A DNA stretch of 63,233 nt from an uncultured Rhodospirillaceae bacterium (GTDB taxonomy: Bacteria; Pseudomonadota; Alphaproteobacteria; Rhodospirillales; UBA2165), in assembly GCA_964643045.1 (NCBI GenBank), contig CAZXSC010000005.1:1-63233 (forward strand), read 5' to 3'. Shown here in pieces: positions 22,049 to 33,813 of the stretch; position 1 is the first letter of the stretch, and each line of letters begins with the position of its first letter. The notes below the pieces were generated by a model, which saw only the letters and a list, made by a program, of their open reading frames with translations, was not told the DNA's origin and did not search any database. Both the position numbers and the translations under genes were made by a program.

Positions 22049-22846
22049 TCAGATCTCAATACCAAGTAATCGTTTAGTTGCACTTTCTACGTCTCGTTCG
22101 CGCATCAGTGACTCTCCGACTAGAAAGCTACTAATTCCAAGAGCGTGCATGCGGAGCAAATCTTCGTGGCTATGCAGTCCAGATTCACTAACGATAATTA
22201 TATCGTCATCGACTAAAGGTGCCAACTCTTCTGTCTTTTTCAGGTCAATTTCGAGGGTTTTCAGATTACGGTTATTAATCCCAAGAAGAGCGGGAGAAAG
22301 TTTTAGAGCACGATCTAATTCTGTATTACTATGCACTTCGACTAACGAATCCATGCCCAATTCATCGGCCACTGATTTAAAATCGGCTGCCTGCTTATCG
22401 TCGAGGCATGCCATGATAAGTAAAATACAATCGGCCCCAATTGCTCGCGACTCAAGTATTTGGTATGAACTAATGATAAAATCTTTTCGGATTATTGGCA
22501 ATGAAACCGAATTTCGAGCTTGTTCTAAGTAAACATCAGCACCCTGGAAGTATGGCCCGTCAGTTAATATAGAAAGGCAAGTCGCCCCCCCTTCCTTATA
22601 AGAAAGCGCCAATTCTTCTGGATCAAAGTCTTCTCGGATGACGCCCTTCGATGGAGAGGCTTTTTTTATTTCGGCGATCAAAGCAAATTGGTTCGCTTTG
22701 ATCACCTTTTCGAGGTTTTTAATGAATCCTCGTGGAGGCTCAATGAGCTCAATTTTTTTTATTAGTGAAGCCTCGGAAATATTACATTTCTGGTTAAGTA
22801 CATGCGCATATTTTTTAGTACAAATTTCGGAAAGGATGTCGCCCAA
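22049..22846 (-). CDS. trpC: Indole-3-glycerol phosphate synthase
   Basis: [24 protein letters not shown] and VSESG motifs. Confidence 0.98.
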   Translation of the reverse strand: MGDILSEICTKKYAHVLNQKCNISEASLIKKIELIEPPRGFIKNLEKVIKANQFALIAEIKKASPSKGVIREDFDPEELALSYKEGGATCLSILTDGPYFQGADVYLEQARNSVSLPIIRKDFIISSYQILESRAIGADCILLIMACLDDKQAADFKSVADELGMDSLVEVHSNTELDRALKLSPALLGINNRNLKTLEIDLKKTEELAPLVDDDIIIVSESGLHSHEDLLRMHALGISSFLVGESLMRERDVESATKRLLGIEI

Positions 22847-22848
22847 TT

Positions 22849-23877
22849 TCAGTTCCCAGTTTGATAGCTGTTAGTAATTTTGACTAGTGCTTCTAGGGTT
22901 AATTTGGCTTTACCATTATCAATAGCTTCAGCGGCAAGTCTGGCACCTTCAGTTAGATCGGTAGCCTTATCGGCGATTAAAAGTGCGGCCGCAGCGTTGT
23001 AGATAACTATATCCCGATAGGCGGATTGCTCTCCATCCAGCATGGATCGAATAGCACTAGCATTGTACGACGGATCACCACCTTTTAGGTTTTCTAATTT
23101 AGAAATTGGCAAACCAGCGTCTTCCGGATTAACCTCAAAGTTAGTGATCTTTCCATCCTTGAGTTCTGATACAAACGTCGGCCCAGTTGTGGTTAGTTCA
23201 TCGGTGCCATCGGAACCGTGCATGACCCACACCCTTTCACTACCCAATTGATTTAGTGTTTCTGCGATTGGTACTACCCACTCTTTGTTAAAGACCCCTG
23301 TAAGTTGACGTTTTACCCCTGAAGGATTGCAGATGGGTCCGAGTAGATTGAAAATGGTTCTTGTAGCGAGTTCAACACGGGAACCCGCGACGTGACGCCA
23401 CGCACTGTGGTGTCGAGGGGCCATTAAAAAGCCAATATTCGCTTTCCAAATCGATTTTTTTACTAATTCAAAATCTGCATCATAATTCACACCTAACTCA
23501 GAAAGAGTGTCTGCTGCGCCAGATTTTGATGATAATGCACGATTTCCATGTTTGGCGACTGGCACTCCACTCGCGGCAACGACTAGAGAGGCACCCGTAG
23601 AGATGTTATAAGTGCCAGAGCCATCGCCTCCAGTACCAACAACGTCAATTGCATTGTCAGGTGCTTCAATATAATGGGCTTTAGCACGCACGGCCCTTGC
23701 TGCACCTGTAATTTCATCTACGGTTTCTCCCCTTACCCGTAAAGCCATCAAAAAACCACCAATTTGGGATGGAGTTGCATCGCCCGACATGATTACACTA
23801 AAGGCTTGTTCCGATTCGGATACGGTGAGTGAAGCACCGTCTGAGACTTTGCCGATAAATGATTTCATATTGCTCAT
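22849..23877 (-). CDS. trpD: Anthranilate phosphoribosyltransferase
   Basis: [17 protein letters not shown] and [17 protein letters not shown] motifs. Confidence 0.98.
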   Translation of the reverse strand: MSNMKSFIGKVSDGASLTVSESEQAFSVIMSGDATPSQIGGFLMALRVRGETVDEITGAARAVRAKAHYIEAPDNAIDVVGTGGDGSGTYNISTGASLVVAASGVPVAKHGNRALSSKSGAADTLSELGVNYDADFELVKKSIWKANIGFLMAPRHHSAWRHVAGSRVELATRTIFNLLGPICNPSGVKRQLTGVFNKEWVVPIAETLNQLGSERVWVMHGSDGTDELTTTGPTFVSELKDGKITNFEVNPEDAGLPISKLENLKGGDPSYNASAIRSMLDGEQSAYRDIVIYNAAAALLIADKATDLTEGARLAAEAIDNGKAKLTLEALVKITNSYQTGN

Positions 23878-24352
23878 ATTTTAGAATTCCTATGAAACGC
23901 GTCTGCATTATTGACTCCGAAACTTGTTAGTTTAACGGAGCGATTTAGATGTTGGCTATTGGACCCTGGCTCTAAATAATTCATTATCAGATAAATCGAG
24001 GAGTATGTGTCGAAACAGCTATTAATTATTACTAATCGATCCTAATCAGAATTTTGATTTGCAGTAACTCATCCGTAACGCTAAATTTGGCGCAGAATGC
24101 AAGGAGATGTTATCTAGGTCAAGCTATCAATTACCTTTAGAATACTATTCAACAATGATTACTTGTCTTTTTTGATAGTGAAAAATAAATAACTAAAATG
24201 GATATCGAAAAAAATCCTGAACAAAATTGATAGGTTTGGGTATCTTTTTACCTTATTATATCTGATCAAAAACGTGCTAGGGTGATTAAATCTCGCTAGA
24301 TTGAAAGCTTACGTATTTCTGTTTGTTGTTATATCGCGGTTAGGGGATCCAA

Positions 24353-25513
24353 TTGAAGCTAATTCAATTAGATAATGTTTTTAAGTTCTTTAACGCTAAG
24401 TTTTCAACTATTGGTTGGATTGTTTTTGGGTTAGTTTTTCTATTAGCTACCTTAGTTATAACCTTTACATTTGTGATAGGAAAAAAAACTAGGAGTCACT
24501 CCGTTGAATTGCCAAAAGTCAACAATCGGTTGCAGGAGGCTATACCCTTTGCCTTGCCTGTAGAAAATAGATTGTTATTTGACAGTAAACAAAAGGCTAC
24601 TTCTAACCGAGGGGAGCTTGACGCAACTAAGACGTTTGAGGATATGAAGTCTTATGAAATAACTTTATCCGAGAAAATATATGATTCTAAACCAAAGGTT
24701 TCTGGTCTTACTAAGGACAAAAAAAGAGACGAAGGTCCAGTAATCTTGATGCCTGGTCAGGAAAATACATGGCGCAAAAATGCCGTTCAACTTGGAGAAC
24801 TCCCGACGGGACCACAAATTGCTATTGTTATTGATGATGCGGGCGTAGATAAAAAGAGGACTGCTTCAATCAGTCGATTAATGGCACCTTTAACAATAGC
24901 ATTTTTGACATACGCTGAAAATTTAGGTGAACAAGTAAAAACTGCTAAAGAATCCGGTCACGAGATACTGGTCCACATGGCTATGGAACCATTGAGTAAA
25001 TCTGCGGACCCAGGCCCCAATACCCTTATTGCTAACAGTTCTACCGAACAAATTTTAAAACGTTTGCGTTGGGGTTTAAGTAGATTTGGTGGTTATGTTG
25101 GTATCAACAATCACATGGGCAGTCTTTTTACGGCTGACGCGGTTGGTATGCATACGGTAATGCGGGAGCTAAAACGACGTGGGCTCTTGTTCTTGGATTC
25201 CCGAACCTCAGGTAGCACGGTAGGAGCCTCAATTGCGCTTGCTAACGATGTACCCTTTACTCAGCGAAATTTTTTTTTGGATAATGACCCCACTATTCAA
25301 GGTGTGAATAAGCAGTTAAATCTAATGGAAAAATTTGCTAAATTAAACGGCTTTGCGGTCGCAATAGGCCATCCTCGAGACGCAACGATAACCGCCTTAT
25401 CTAATTGGCTTGCTACCATAGCAGAGAAAGGGTTTGTTCAAGTACCGATCAGCACCATCGTTGCCAGACAACAAGGTATATCGCCATTAAACCTTGGTAA
25501 ATCAATAAATTAA
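24353..25513 (+). CDS. Divergent polysaccharide deacetylase family protein (YibQ-like) with N-terminal membrane anchor
   Basis: IAIVIDDAG, EILVHMAMEP, GINNHMGS, FLDSRT and AIGHP motifs; start uncertain. Confidence 0.9.
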   Translation: MKLIQLDNVFKFFNAKFSTIGWIVFGLVFLLATLVITFTFVIGKKTRSHSVELPKVNNRLQEAIPFALPVENRLLFDSKQKATSNRGELDATKTFEDMKSYEITLSEKIYDSKPKVSGLTKDKKRDEGPVILMPGQENTWRKNAVQLGELPTGPQIAIVIDDAGVDKKRTASISRLMAPLTIAFLTYAENLGEQVKTAKESGHEILVHMAMEPLSKSADPGPNTLIANSSTEQILKRLRWGLSRFGGYVGINNHMGSLFTADAVGMHTVMRELKRRGLLFLDSRTSGSTVGASIALANDVPFTQRNFFLDNDPTIQGVNKQLNLMEKFAKLNGFAVAIGHPRDATITALSNWLATIAEKGFVQVPISTIVARQQGISPLNLGKSIN

Positions 25514-25537
25514 TGAAATTAAAAGGTGCAGGTGCTT

Positions 25538-27430
25538 TTAAAAGGCCTCTGCAATGGCGGCTTGGTCTGCAGTCACGCCAAATTTATTGCGTAGAGCGTT
25601 GACAAACTGCGTGGCAATATCGCTTTTGAAGTTGGTTTCAAGTTTTTTTTCTAGGGCATCTAAACCCTTTTTTTCAGATGATATATCTGCAAGCTTGATC
25701 GTTCTAATCTGTGCAATGAAATTAGCATCGTCAGATGTCGCTGAAACAAACTCTCTATCATTGGCATCAAACAAGCTCGTGATAAGTTCACCAGGAAATG
25801 GAATTGTTAATCCTGCGCCGCTACGGGTGAATTCCGTACTCGTTTTCACGCTTATATTTAATTCCTTTGCTATTTTGTCCAACCTAGCTCCTAACTTGAG
25901 GCGTTTTATTAATGATTTTACTTTTTTATCTCCGGCAAGGGCTTGTTGTTCTAACCGCCAGTCACGTTCAACCTCAGGTCGAGTTATTGAGAATGGGCGT
26001 AGGGCTGGAGGTATAATATCATCCACATGAAGGATAAAATATCCGTCCTCACCAAAATCCGTAAGAGCGCTATCCTGGTTTTGCTCAGTACTAAAAGCTA
26101 CCTGAATAATCGCCGGATTAAGGTCTTCAATCTTTTTCCCCGCCACACTAAATCCTTCAGCACTGATACCACTTATTTTTCGAACTCTAAAATTCAATTT
26201 CTTTGCTGCTTCTTCAATACTTAAGCCGGCACCTAGTTCATCTTCAAACCTAGTGGAAAGTTTATAAAGATCGTCCACAGCTTTTTCTACTGCTATCGAG
26301 TTTTTAATTTTTTCTCTTACTTCGTTGAGAGTTTTTAGTTTTGAAGGCAAAATTCTTTTAATACGTAAAATATGCCAGCCAAGTGGGCTCTTTACCGGAG
26401 AGCTAACGCCATTTTCTGTCAAACTAAAAGCAGTATCCGAAAGGGTTTTTATAGGTAATTGCTTCCGCGTTAATGTTCCAAGCTCAAGTAATTGCATATC
26501 AAATTTAGGGATATCTTTGGCTGCTTCAGCAAACGAAGTGCCAGCAATGATTTTATTATATATTTCGATAGACTTAGCTTTATTTGATACTAGTAATTGT
26601 TGAATTTCTCTTCTTTCCGGAGATTGAAACTCTCCTATCCGATCATCATAAGATTCTTTTATTTCATTATCTGAAACTTCTATCTCATCAATTATATCTT
26701 CAGTTCCTAATCGTACCAGCGTAATTGCCCTATATTCCGGCGCTGTGAATTGATGGGAGTGCTCTTTATGAAATGTTTTTAAAATCTCTTCACTTGCAGT
26801 TGGGAGCGATTTAAACATGTTGTGTTTAATTTCAATATAATTAGCTGAGCGTTTTTCGTTTCGGTATTGGTAAATTGAATTGACTAATTTGCGTGGTACC
26901 ACTTGCCCATTATTTATACCGCTGAGGTACTGATTTTGTAATAACTGTCCTTTGTAGAGTGCTATATAGCTATTCTCACTCAAACCTGCGCGTTGAATAG
27001 TCTCATCAAATCGTCGGCGATCAAATTTGCCACTCTTGGATTTAAATCGTTCATCATCACGAATTTCGCGGGATGCAAGTTTATCACTTATAACTAAGCC
27101 CATTGATTTAGCCCCTTCAGCAAATACAGAGCGACGTATCAATGACTGCAGTATATTGTCTACCACGCCCATTGCCTTGGCTTTCTCAATGGTAAGACTA
27201 GGGCCGAGAACCTGCTGAAGTCGGCTTATTTGGTATTGCACCTCATTTTGCAACTCAGAAAGAGTTATCTCGCTTTCGCCAACGTTTGCTATCACGTCAT
27301 TGCTTTGTTGTGGGGCAACGTAGTCGCCAATACCCCAAACGCCAAAACTTAATATGAGTAATGCAAGCAAAATCTTGGCACCCCATCCAAGAAGTATTTC
27401 CCGGAGCGTTTTTTTCTTAATTTCAGACAT
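25538..27430 (-). CDS. ppiD: PpiD/SurA-N-type membrane-anchored peptidyl-prolyl isomerase/chaperone
   Basis: LLILSFGVWGIGD anchor, FTAPEYR and parvulin-like SPVKSPLGWHILRI; divergent from tpiA. Confidence 0.9.
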   Translation of the reverse strand: MSEIKKKTLREILLGWGAKILLALLILSFGVWGIGDYVAPQQSNDVIANVGESEITLSELQNEVQYQISRLQQVLGPSLTIEKAKAMGVVDNILQSLIRRSVFAEGAKSMGLVISDKLASREIRDDERFKSKSGKFDRRRFDETIQRAGLSENSYIALYKGQLLQNQYLSGINNGQVVPRKLVNSIYQYRNEKRSANYIEIKHNMFKSLPTASEEILKTFHKEHSHQFTAPEYRAITLVRLGTEDIIDEIEVSDNEIKESYDDRIGEFQSPERREIQQLLVSNKAKSIEIYNKIIAGTSFAEAAKDIPKFDMQLLELGTLTRKQLPIKTLSDTAFSLTENGVSSPVKSPLGWHILRIKRILPSKLKTLNEVREKIKNSIAVEKAVDDLYKLSTRFEDELGAGLSIEEAAKKLNFRVRKISGISAEGFSVAGKKIEDLNPAIIQVAFSTEQNQDSALTDFGEDGYFILHVDDIIPPALRPFSITRPEVERDWRLEQQALAGDKKVKSLIKRLKLGARLDKIAKELNISVKTSTEFTRSGAGLTIPFPGELITSLFDANDREFVSATSDDANFIAQIRTIKLADISSEKKGLDALEKKLETNFKSDIATQFVNALRNKFGVTADQAAIAEAF

Positions 27431-27634
27431 AATATCACCAATCGAAATATATCATTTATATTTTTTTTGTGCGCTTTCTAGAGCACGACATCATAAGAGT
27501 GCTAAACATGCTTAGCAACACCTCCGGCGATTAGTCAAATCTGTCCTTTCAAAATTTAATTATTTATAGTCTAAGTAGCCTCTTTGAGGGCTCTATGCTA
27601 AATAAATGCTCATTCACAGTATGAAGGAATAATA

Positions 27635-28402
27635 ATGATCTTTAAACGGCGTCCCCTGGTAGCAGGTAATTGGAAAATGAATGGTCGCGTGGACTTTGCT
27701 AAAAGTTTTGCTGATGATCTAGTAGCTAAGGTCAATGACGCAAGATCTAGTCACTTTGATCTTCTACTTTGTCCACCGGCGACGCTATTGAGCCCAGTTG
27801 CAGATAAAATATCTGAAGCAGGAATATTTTTGGGCGGACAAGACTGCCACGTAGCTGCGAATGGAGCGCATACGGGCGATATCAGCGCTGAGATGCTGAA
27901 AGATTTGGGCTGCACATATACAATAATTGGTCACTCAGAGCGACGTACAGATCATTTTGAAACTAATGAAATTGTAAAATCCAAAGCCGAAGCGGCATTG
28001 ATAGCAAATTTAATTGCAATAATTTGTATTGGCGAAACAGAAATAGAACGCAAAAATGGTGCAACTAATGAAATCGTTATGGAACAAATTGTGGCTTCTA
28101 TTCCAAAACAAGCCAATTCTGGAAATATAGTGATTGCTTATGAACCAGTCTGGGCGATCGGGACTGGACGAACGCCATCAGCGAAAGAAGTGCAAGACGT
28201 ACATGCATTGATGCGTAAGACATTAAGTGAAAGAATTGGAAATGAACAATCTACAAAAACGCGGTTATTGTATGGAGGTTCCGTTAAACCCGGTAATGCT
28301 ATCGAATTAATGAGTTTACCAGATGTTGATGGGGCTCTAGTTGGAGGTGCTAGCCTATCTGATAAAGATTTTTTGGCGATCGCTGAAAGTTGCCCTAAAT
28401 AA
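27635..28402 (+). CDS. tpiA: Triosephosphate isomerase
   Basis: AGNWKMN, GHSERR, AYEPVWAIGTG and LYGGSVKP motifs. Confidence 0.99.
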   Translation: MIFKRRPLVAGNWKMNGRVDFAKSFADDLVAKVNDARSSHFDLLLCPPATLLSPVADKISEAGIFLGGQDCHVAANGAHTGDISAEMLKDLGCTYTIIGHSERRTDHFETNEIVKSKAEAALIANLIAIICIGETEIERKNGATNEIVMEQIVASIPKQANSGNIVIAYEPVWAIGTGRTPSAKEVQDVHALMRKTLSERIGNEQSTKTRLLYGGSVKPGNAIELMSLPDVDGALVGGASLSDKDFLAIAESCPK

Positions 28403-28508
28403 TTTGCCAAATTGATTAAGACCGTATAAAAGGCAGCTTAATTTGACGAATTGAGTTCATTCATTTTACCTGTGAAAGTTTAGGCCAGATGAGAAATAGA
28501 GAGTCCTA

Positions 28509-28844
28509 ATGGAAGCTGTAATTATTGTCGTTCATTTGTTATTAGCCGTAGCCATGATTTTGCTGGTTCTTATCCAGCAAAGTGAAGGTGGCCTAGGCGG
28601 AATGGGTGGAGGGTCATCGTCAGGAGGTGGCATGGGAGGCTTCATGACAAGCCGCGCTACGGCAAACCTGCTTACACGGTCTACAGCTATTTTAGCTGCG
28701 GGTTTTTTTATTACTTCAATGGCCCTTGCAATAATGGCGGATCAGGGGCGCGAGAAGGGATCTATACTGGATCAAAAAATTAAACCTGCGAATCAAAAAC
28801 AAGTTCCGATTACTCCGTCAGTTCCGAGAGTGCCAAATAATTGA
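28509..28844 (+). CDS. secG: Preprotein translocase subunit SecG
   Basis: Two hydrophobic segments with a Gly-rich linker and NLLTRSTAILA; lies between tpiA and pyrG. Confidence 0.96.
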   Translation: MEAVIIVVHLLLAVAMILLVLIQQSEGGLGGMGGGSSSGGGMGGFMTSRATANLLTRSTAILAAGFFITSMALAIMADQGREKGSILDQKIKPANQKQVPITPSVPRVPNN

Positions 28845-28873
28845 ACAGATATCCTATAAATATGAAGCTTTAC

Positions 28874-28908
28874 AAAGAGGTGGCAATGAGGCCGCCTCTT
28901 TTGTTTTT
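28874..28908 (+). terminator. Intrinsic terminator after secG
   Basis: Stem AAAGAGGTGGC / GCCGCCTCTTT with a 6-nt loop, followed by a T-rich tract. Confidence 0.75.
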
Positions 28909-28941
28909 ATACTTGTCGCTGCTTATGTATAGTGCTGATCC

Positions 28942-30567
28942 ATGACGCGCTTTATTTTTATTACTGGCGGAGTGGTTTCCTCTTTGGGTAAAGGATTAGC
29001 GTCCGCAGCGTTAGCGGCATTACTCCAAGCTCGAGGATTTAAAGTACGCATTCGAAAATTGGACCCTTATTTAAATGTAGATCCAGGTACAATGAGCCCT
29101 TATCAACATGGCGAAGTATTTGTTACAAACGATGGGGCAGAAACGGATCTCGATCTCGGCCATTATGAGCGCTTCACGTGTGTCGACGCTAAACAAAGCG
29201 ATAACGTTACAACCGGACGTATATATTCCGATGTAATCGCAAGAGAACGTCGTGGAGAATATTTGGGGGCAACGATTCAAGTAATCCCCCATGTTACAGA
29301 TGCTATTAAGAATTTTACTGTTTCGAACTTAGATGATGAGGACTTTGTTTTAATTGAAATTGGTGGCACGGTCGGTGATATCGAAGGTACTCCTTTTTTA
29401 GAAGCTATTAGACAGCTCGGCTATGAACTCGGGCAAAATAGAACAATGTACATTCACCTTACTTTGTTGCCCTATATAGCAGCAGCCGGCGAGTTAAAAA
29501 CGAAACCCACACAACACTCGGTCAAAGAGCTTTTGAATGTTGGAATTCAAGCCGATCTGCTCCTTTGCCGATCAGATCGGCAGTTACCTGAAGGAGAAAG
29601 AAAGAAAATCGCTTTATTCTGTAATGTTCGAGAAGAGGCAGTTGTTCCAGCATTGGATGTTGCCTCGATTTATCAAGTCCCCATTAGTTATCACGAACAA
29701 GGACTCGATATAGAGGTATGTAGGCATTTTGAATTAAAGGCTCCTCCGCCAAATTTAAATGAATGGCATTCCGTTGTGCAACGTGCAGTAGCTCCCGAAG
29801 GTGAAATTACAATAGCTATAGTTGGAAAATATACCGGACTGTTAGACGCCTACAAATCGCTCGCCGAAGCTTTGGCACATGGGGGAATTTCAAATAATGT
29901 AAAAGTAAACTTAAAATGGTTAGATTCTGAAATATTTGAATCGGGACAGACTATTGATAAACTAAAAGGCTGCCAAGGCATTTTAGTCCCTGGCGGGTTT
30001 GGTGAACGTGGGGCCGAAGGGAAAATAAATGCAGCTCAATTTGCAAGAGAGAAGAAAATACCCTATTTCGGTATTTGTTTTGGTATGCAGATGGCTGTTG
30101 TTGAAGCTGCTCGAAACCTTGCAGGCTTAAAGGGCGCGGGAACTAGTGAATTCGGTTTTTGCGAAGAGCCTGTTGTTGGATTAATGACTGAATGGGAAAA
30201 AGATGGTAAGCTCGAAAAGCGCGATGAAGGCAGCGACAAAGGTGGAACAATGCGTCTCGGGGCTTATCCTTGCACACTTGGGCCAAAAACCCGTGTCCGA
30301 AAGATCTATGGTAAAAAGAATATCAGTGAGCGTCATCGGCATCGCTATGAGGTAAACATGGCCTTTGAAGAAAAATTGGCTGCGGCTGGTATGATTTTTT
30401 CCGGCAAGTCACCAGATGGTATTTTGCCAGAGATAATAGAGATCCCGGAACACCCATGGTTTGTCGGAGTTCAATTCCACCCGGAATTAAAATCGAGACC
30501 GTTTGAACCCCACCCTTTATTTACGGATTTTGTTCGGGCGGCAGTTGAACAATCGCGTTTGGTATAG
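28942..30567 (+). CDS. pyrG: CTP synthase
   Basis: [28 protein letters not shown] and QFHPE motifs. Confidence 0.99.
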   Translation: MTRFIFITGGVVSSLGKGLASAALAALLQARGFKVRIRKLDPYLNVDPGTMSPYQHGEVFVTNDGAETDLDLGHYERFTCVDAKQSDNVTTGRIYSDVIARERRGEYLGATIQVIPHVTDAIKNFTVSNLDDEDFVLIEIGGTVGDIEGTPFLEAIRQLGYELGQNRTMYIHLTLLPYIAAAGELKTKPTQHSVKELLNVGIQADLLLCRSDRQLPEGERKKIALFCNVREEAVVPALDVASIYQVPISYHEQGLDIEVCRHFELKAPPPNLNEWHSVVQRAVAPEGEITIAIVGKYTGLLDAYKSLAEALAHGGISNNVKVNLKWLDSEIFESGQTIDKLKGCQGILVPGGFGERGAEGKINAAQFAREKKIPYFGICFGMQMAVVEAARNLAGLKGAGTSEFGFCEEPVVGLMTEWEKDGKLEKRDEGSDKGGTMRLGAYPCTLGPKTRVRKIYGKKNISERHRHRYEVNMAFEEKLAAAGMIFSGKSPDGILPEIIEIPEHPWFVGVQFHPELKSRPFEPHPLFTDFVRAAVEQSRLV

Positions 30568-30574
30568 TCAGATT

Positions 30575-31420
30575 ATGAGCACCTCAAAAATAGTGGAGGT
30601 TGGCCCTTACACGGTAAGTAACGACCTTAAAATTACAATCATAGCGGGGCCCTGTGCTGTTGAGAGCCGTGCCCATGCAATAGAAACTGCAACGGAACTC
30701 AAAGAAATAACAGAAAAACATGATGTCGGTTTGATTTACAAATCTTCGTACGATAAAGCTAATAGGACCAGTATATCTAGTAAGCGCGGCGTAGGAATCT
30801 CCCAAGCTATGCCAATTTTCTCCGAAGTTAGGGAAATGACTGGCCTACCAGTAGTCACGGATGTTCACAAAGCTGATGATTGCGCCATCGTCGGTGAAGT
30901 TGTTGATGTTATACAGATACCAGCATTTTTGTGTCGTCAAACTGATCTACTTATAGCGGCGGGCAATACAGGGAAGGTGATTAACGTTAAAAAGGGTCAA
31001 TTTCTGGCGCCTTGGGACATGCCAAACGTAGTAAAAAAAATAGAAAGCACAGGCAATAAGAATATTATGTTATGTGACCGTGGTACGAGCTTTGGCTACA
31101 ACACACTAGTCTCTGATATGAGGTCGCTACCGATCATGGCTAAAACAGGTTACCCTATTATTTTTGATGCAACACATTCTGTCCAACAACCTGGGGGCAA
31201 AGGGTACACTTCGGGAGGAGAGCGCGAGTTTGCGCCTATTCTAGCAAGAGCTGCCGTTGGTGTGGGCGTAGCGGGAGTGTTTATGGAAACTCATCAGGAC
31301 CCAGATATTGCTCCCAGCGATGGGCCTAACATGATTTATTTGAATGAGTTGCCTGATATAATCGAAATGCTGTTAAATATTGATGCGGTTTCTAAGAACT
31401 ATCCCGCTAAGATTAGCTAA
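30575..31420 (+). CDS. kdsA: 3-deoxy-8-phosphooctulonate (KDO8P) synthase
   Basis: AGPCAVES, SYDKANRTS, QIPAFLCRQTDL and FDATHSVQQPG; ATG at 30575. Confidence 0.98.
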   Translation: MSTSKIVEVGPYTVSNDLKITIIAGPCAVESRAHAIETATELKEITEKHDVGLIYKSSYDKANRTSISSKRGVGISQAMPIFSEVREMTGLPVVTDVHKADDCAIVGEVVDVIQIPAFLCRQTDLLIAAGNTGKVINVKKGQFLAPWDMPNVVKKIESTGNKNIMLCDRGTSFGYNTLVSDMRSLPIMAKTGYPIIFDATHSVQQPGGKGYTSGGEREFAPILARAAVGVGVAGVFMETHQDPDIAPSDGPNMIYLNELPDIIEMLLNIDAVSKNYPAKIS

Positions 31421-32707
<1,287 letters not shown>

Positions 32708-32795
32708 TTTTGCTTTATTGTGCGTTAAAGTGATTCGCAGTAATTCGGTTTGAGTTAAATATTCTGGCGAAATTTTCCTTTAATTATTTTATTAA

Positions 32796-32810
32796 TTAAC
32801 TAAATATTAA
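32796..32810. promoter_or_regulatory. Candidate CtrA-binding site upstream of ftsB
   Basis: TTAA-CTAAATA-TTAA matches TTAA-N7-TTAA; three GANTC sites nearby. AT-rich context raises the chance-match risk. Confidence 0.4.
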
Positions 32811-33032
32811 GGTATGAGAATCATATTCGATTCCCATGATTATGTCGGCAGAAAAGACCGACGGACATAGAATTCGGATGTAAATCTTTTTATAGTATAA
32901 TACAAAGGAAGACCATCCTAAGTTATCCAAATAGCCTTGATTTGGCTAAAAGAAAATGCATTTACCTTAAAGGTAGATCATTTAATTCGGCCAGAGACGT
33001 ATGGATAGCGGCAGAAAGCCAGTTGAGGAACT

Positions 33033-33344
33033 ATGAAGGTTCTATCAGAGTTAAGGTATCGATCCAGCTATATAATTGGGCCTGTCTTTGGGGCGAGTTT
33101 ATTTATTTATTTTGTTTTTCACGCTGTGCATGGTGACAGGGGGTTAATAGCTTATTGGCAGTTAACCAAACAAATTAAACAAGCAGAGGCAACTCATCAT
33201 ATTGTGGAACGTCAACGATCAAAACTAATGAACCGCGTCAACCTTCTGATCCCAAATACTCTGGACCGCGATATGCTTGAAGAGCGAGCGCGTTTTATGT
33301 TGGGCTATTCTCATCCAGGTGAAATAGTTTTATTTTTCAATTAA
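33033..33344 (+). CDS. ftsB: Septum formation initiator FtsB/DivIC family
   Basis: TM segment, GDRGL, coiled coil and DMLEERARFMLGY; downstream of eno. Confidence 0.92.
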   Translation: MKVLSELRYRSSYIIGPVFGASLFIYFVFHAVHGDRGLIAYWQLTKQIKQAEATHHIVERQRSKLMNRVNLLIPNTLDRDMLEERARFMLGYSHPGEIVLFFN

Positions 33345-33813
33345 ATCCAAGTGGTTATCCAAGTTATAGTTTTAGATACTTATCTTAGATAGTTATTTTA
33401 ATCAGTTAAATTATCTAATTTTGTGCTGCTTAATACTCGGCGAAGCCAAAGTCTAATCCAAGAATGTAACCGTAAATAAAGAGGACCATAATTTTGCCTA
33501 AACTAATATATTTCGAATTTTGCATTTGAATAATTTCGTTACTTTTTCTGATATTTATAACTGAATTTGGTAAATTTGGTTTTATCTTGCGCATTATTAT
33601 TAACTCTTTGTCAAAAGTTTCTTAATCATTCCTAGATTAATTAAATTTTGGTTAATAATAAATTTATTGTTGCAAAACAATAGGTTCGGGTGCATCTTCT
33701 AAGAAGTAATGGGTGTGTTTGGTTGATTTGACCAACTGTTAGAAATATTGTCGACGTATTATCATATGTTGTTTGCGATCAATATCTTGGATTAAATAGA
33801 AGAGAGCGGTCTT

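Noticed and set aside
23878-24352. Possible trpG pseudogene remnants in the gap upstream of trpD
   Set aside because: Only 3-4 residue resemblances (IDSLT, SESI) were visible; not distinguishable from chance by eye.
32942-33136. 64-aa ORF overlapping the ftsB start
   Set aside because: Alternative-frame overlap with a well-supported gene; no recognisable motif.
32708-33813. Replication origin in the AT-rich spacers around ftsB
   Set aside because: Only isolated imperfect DnaA-like boxes and none of the usual origin-flanking genes.
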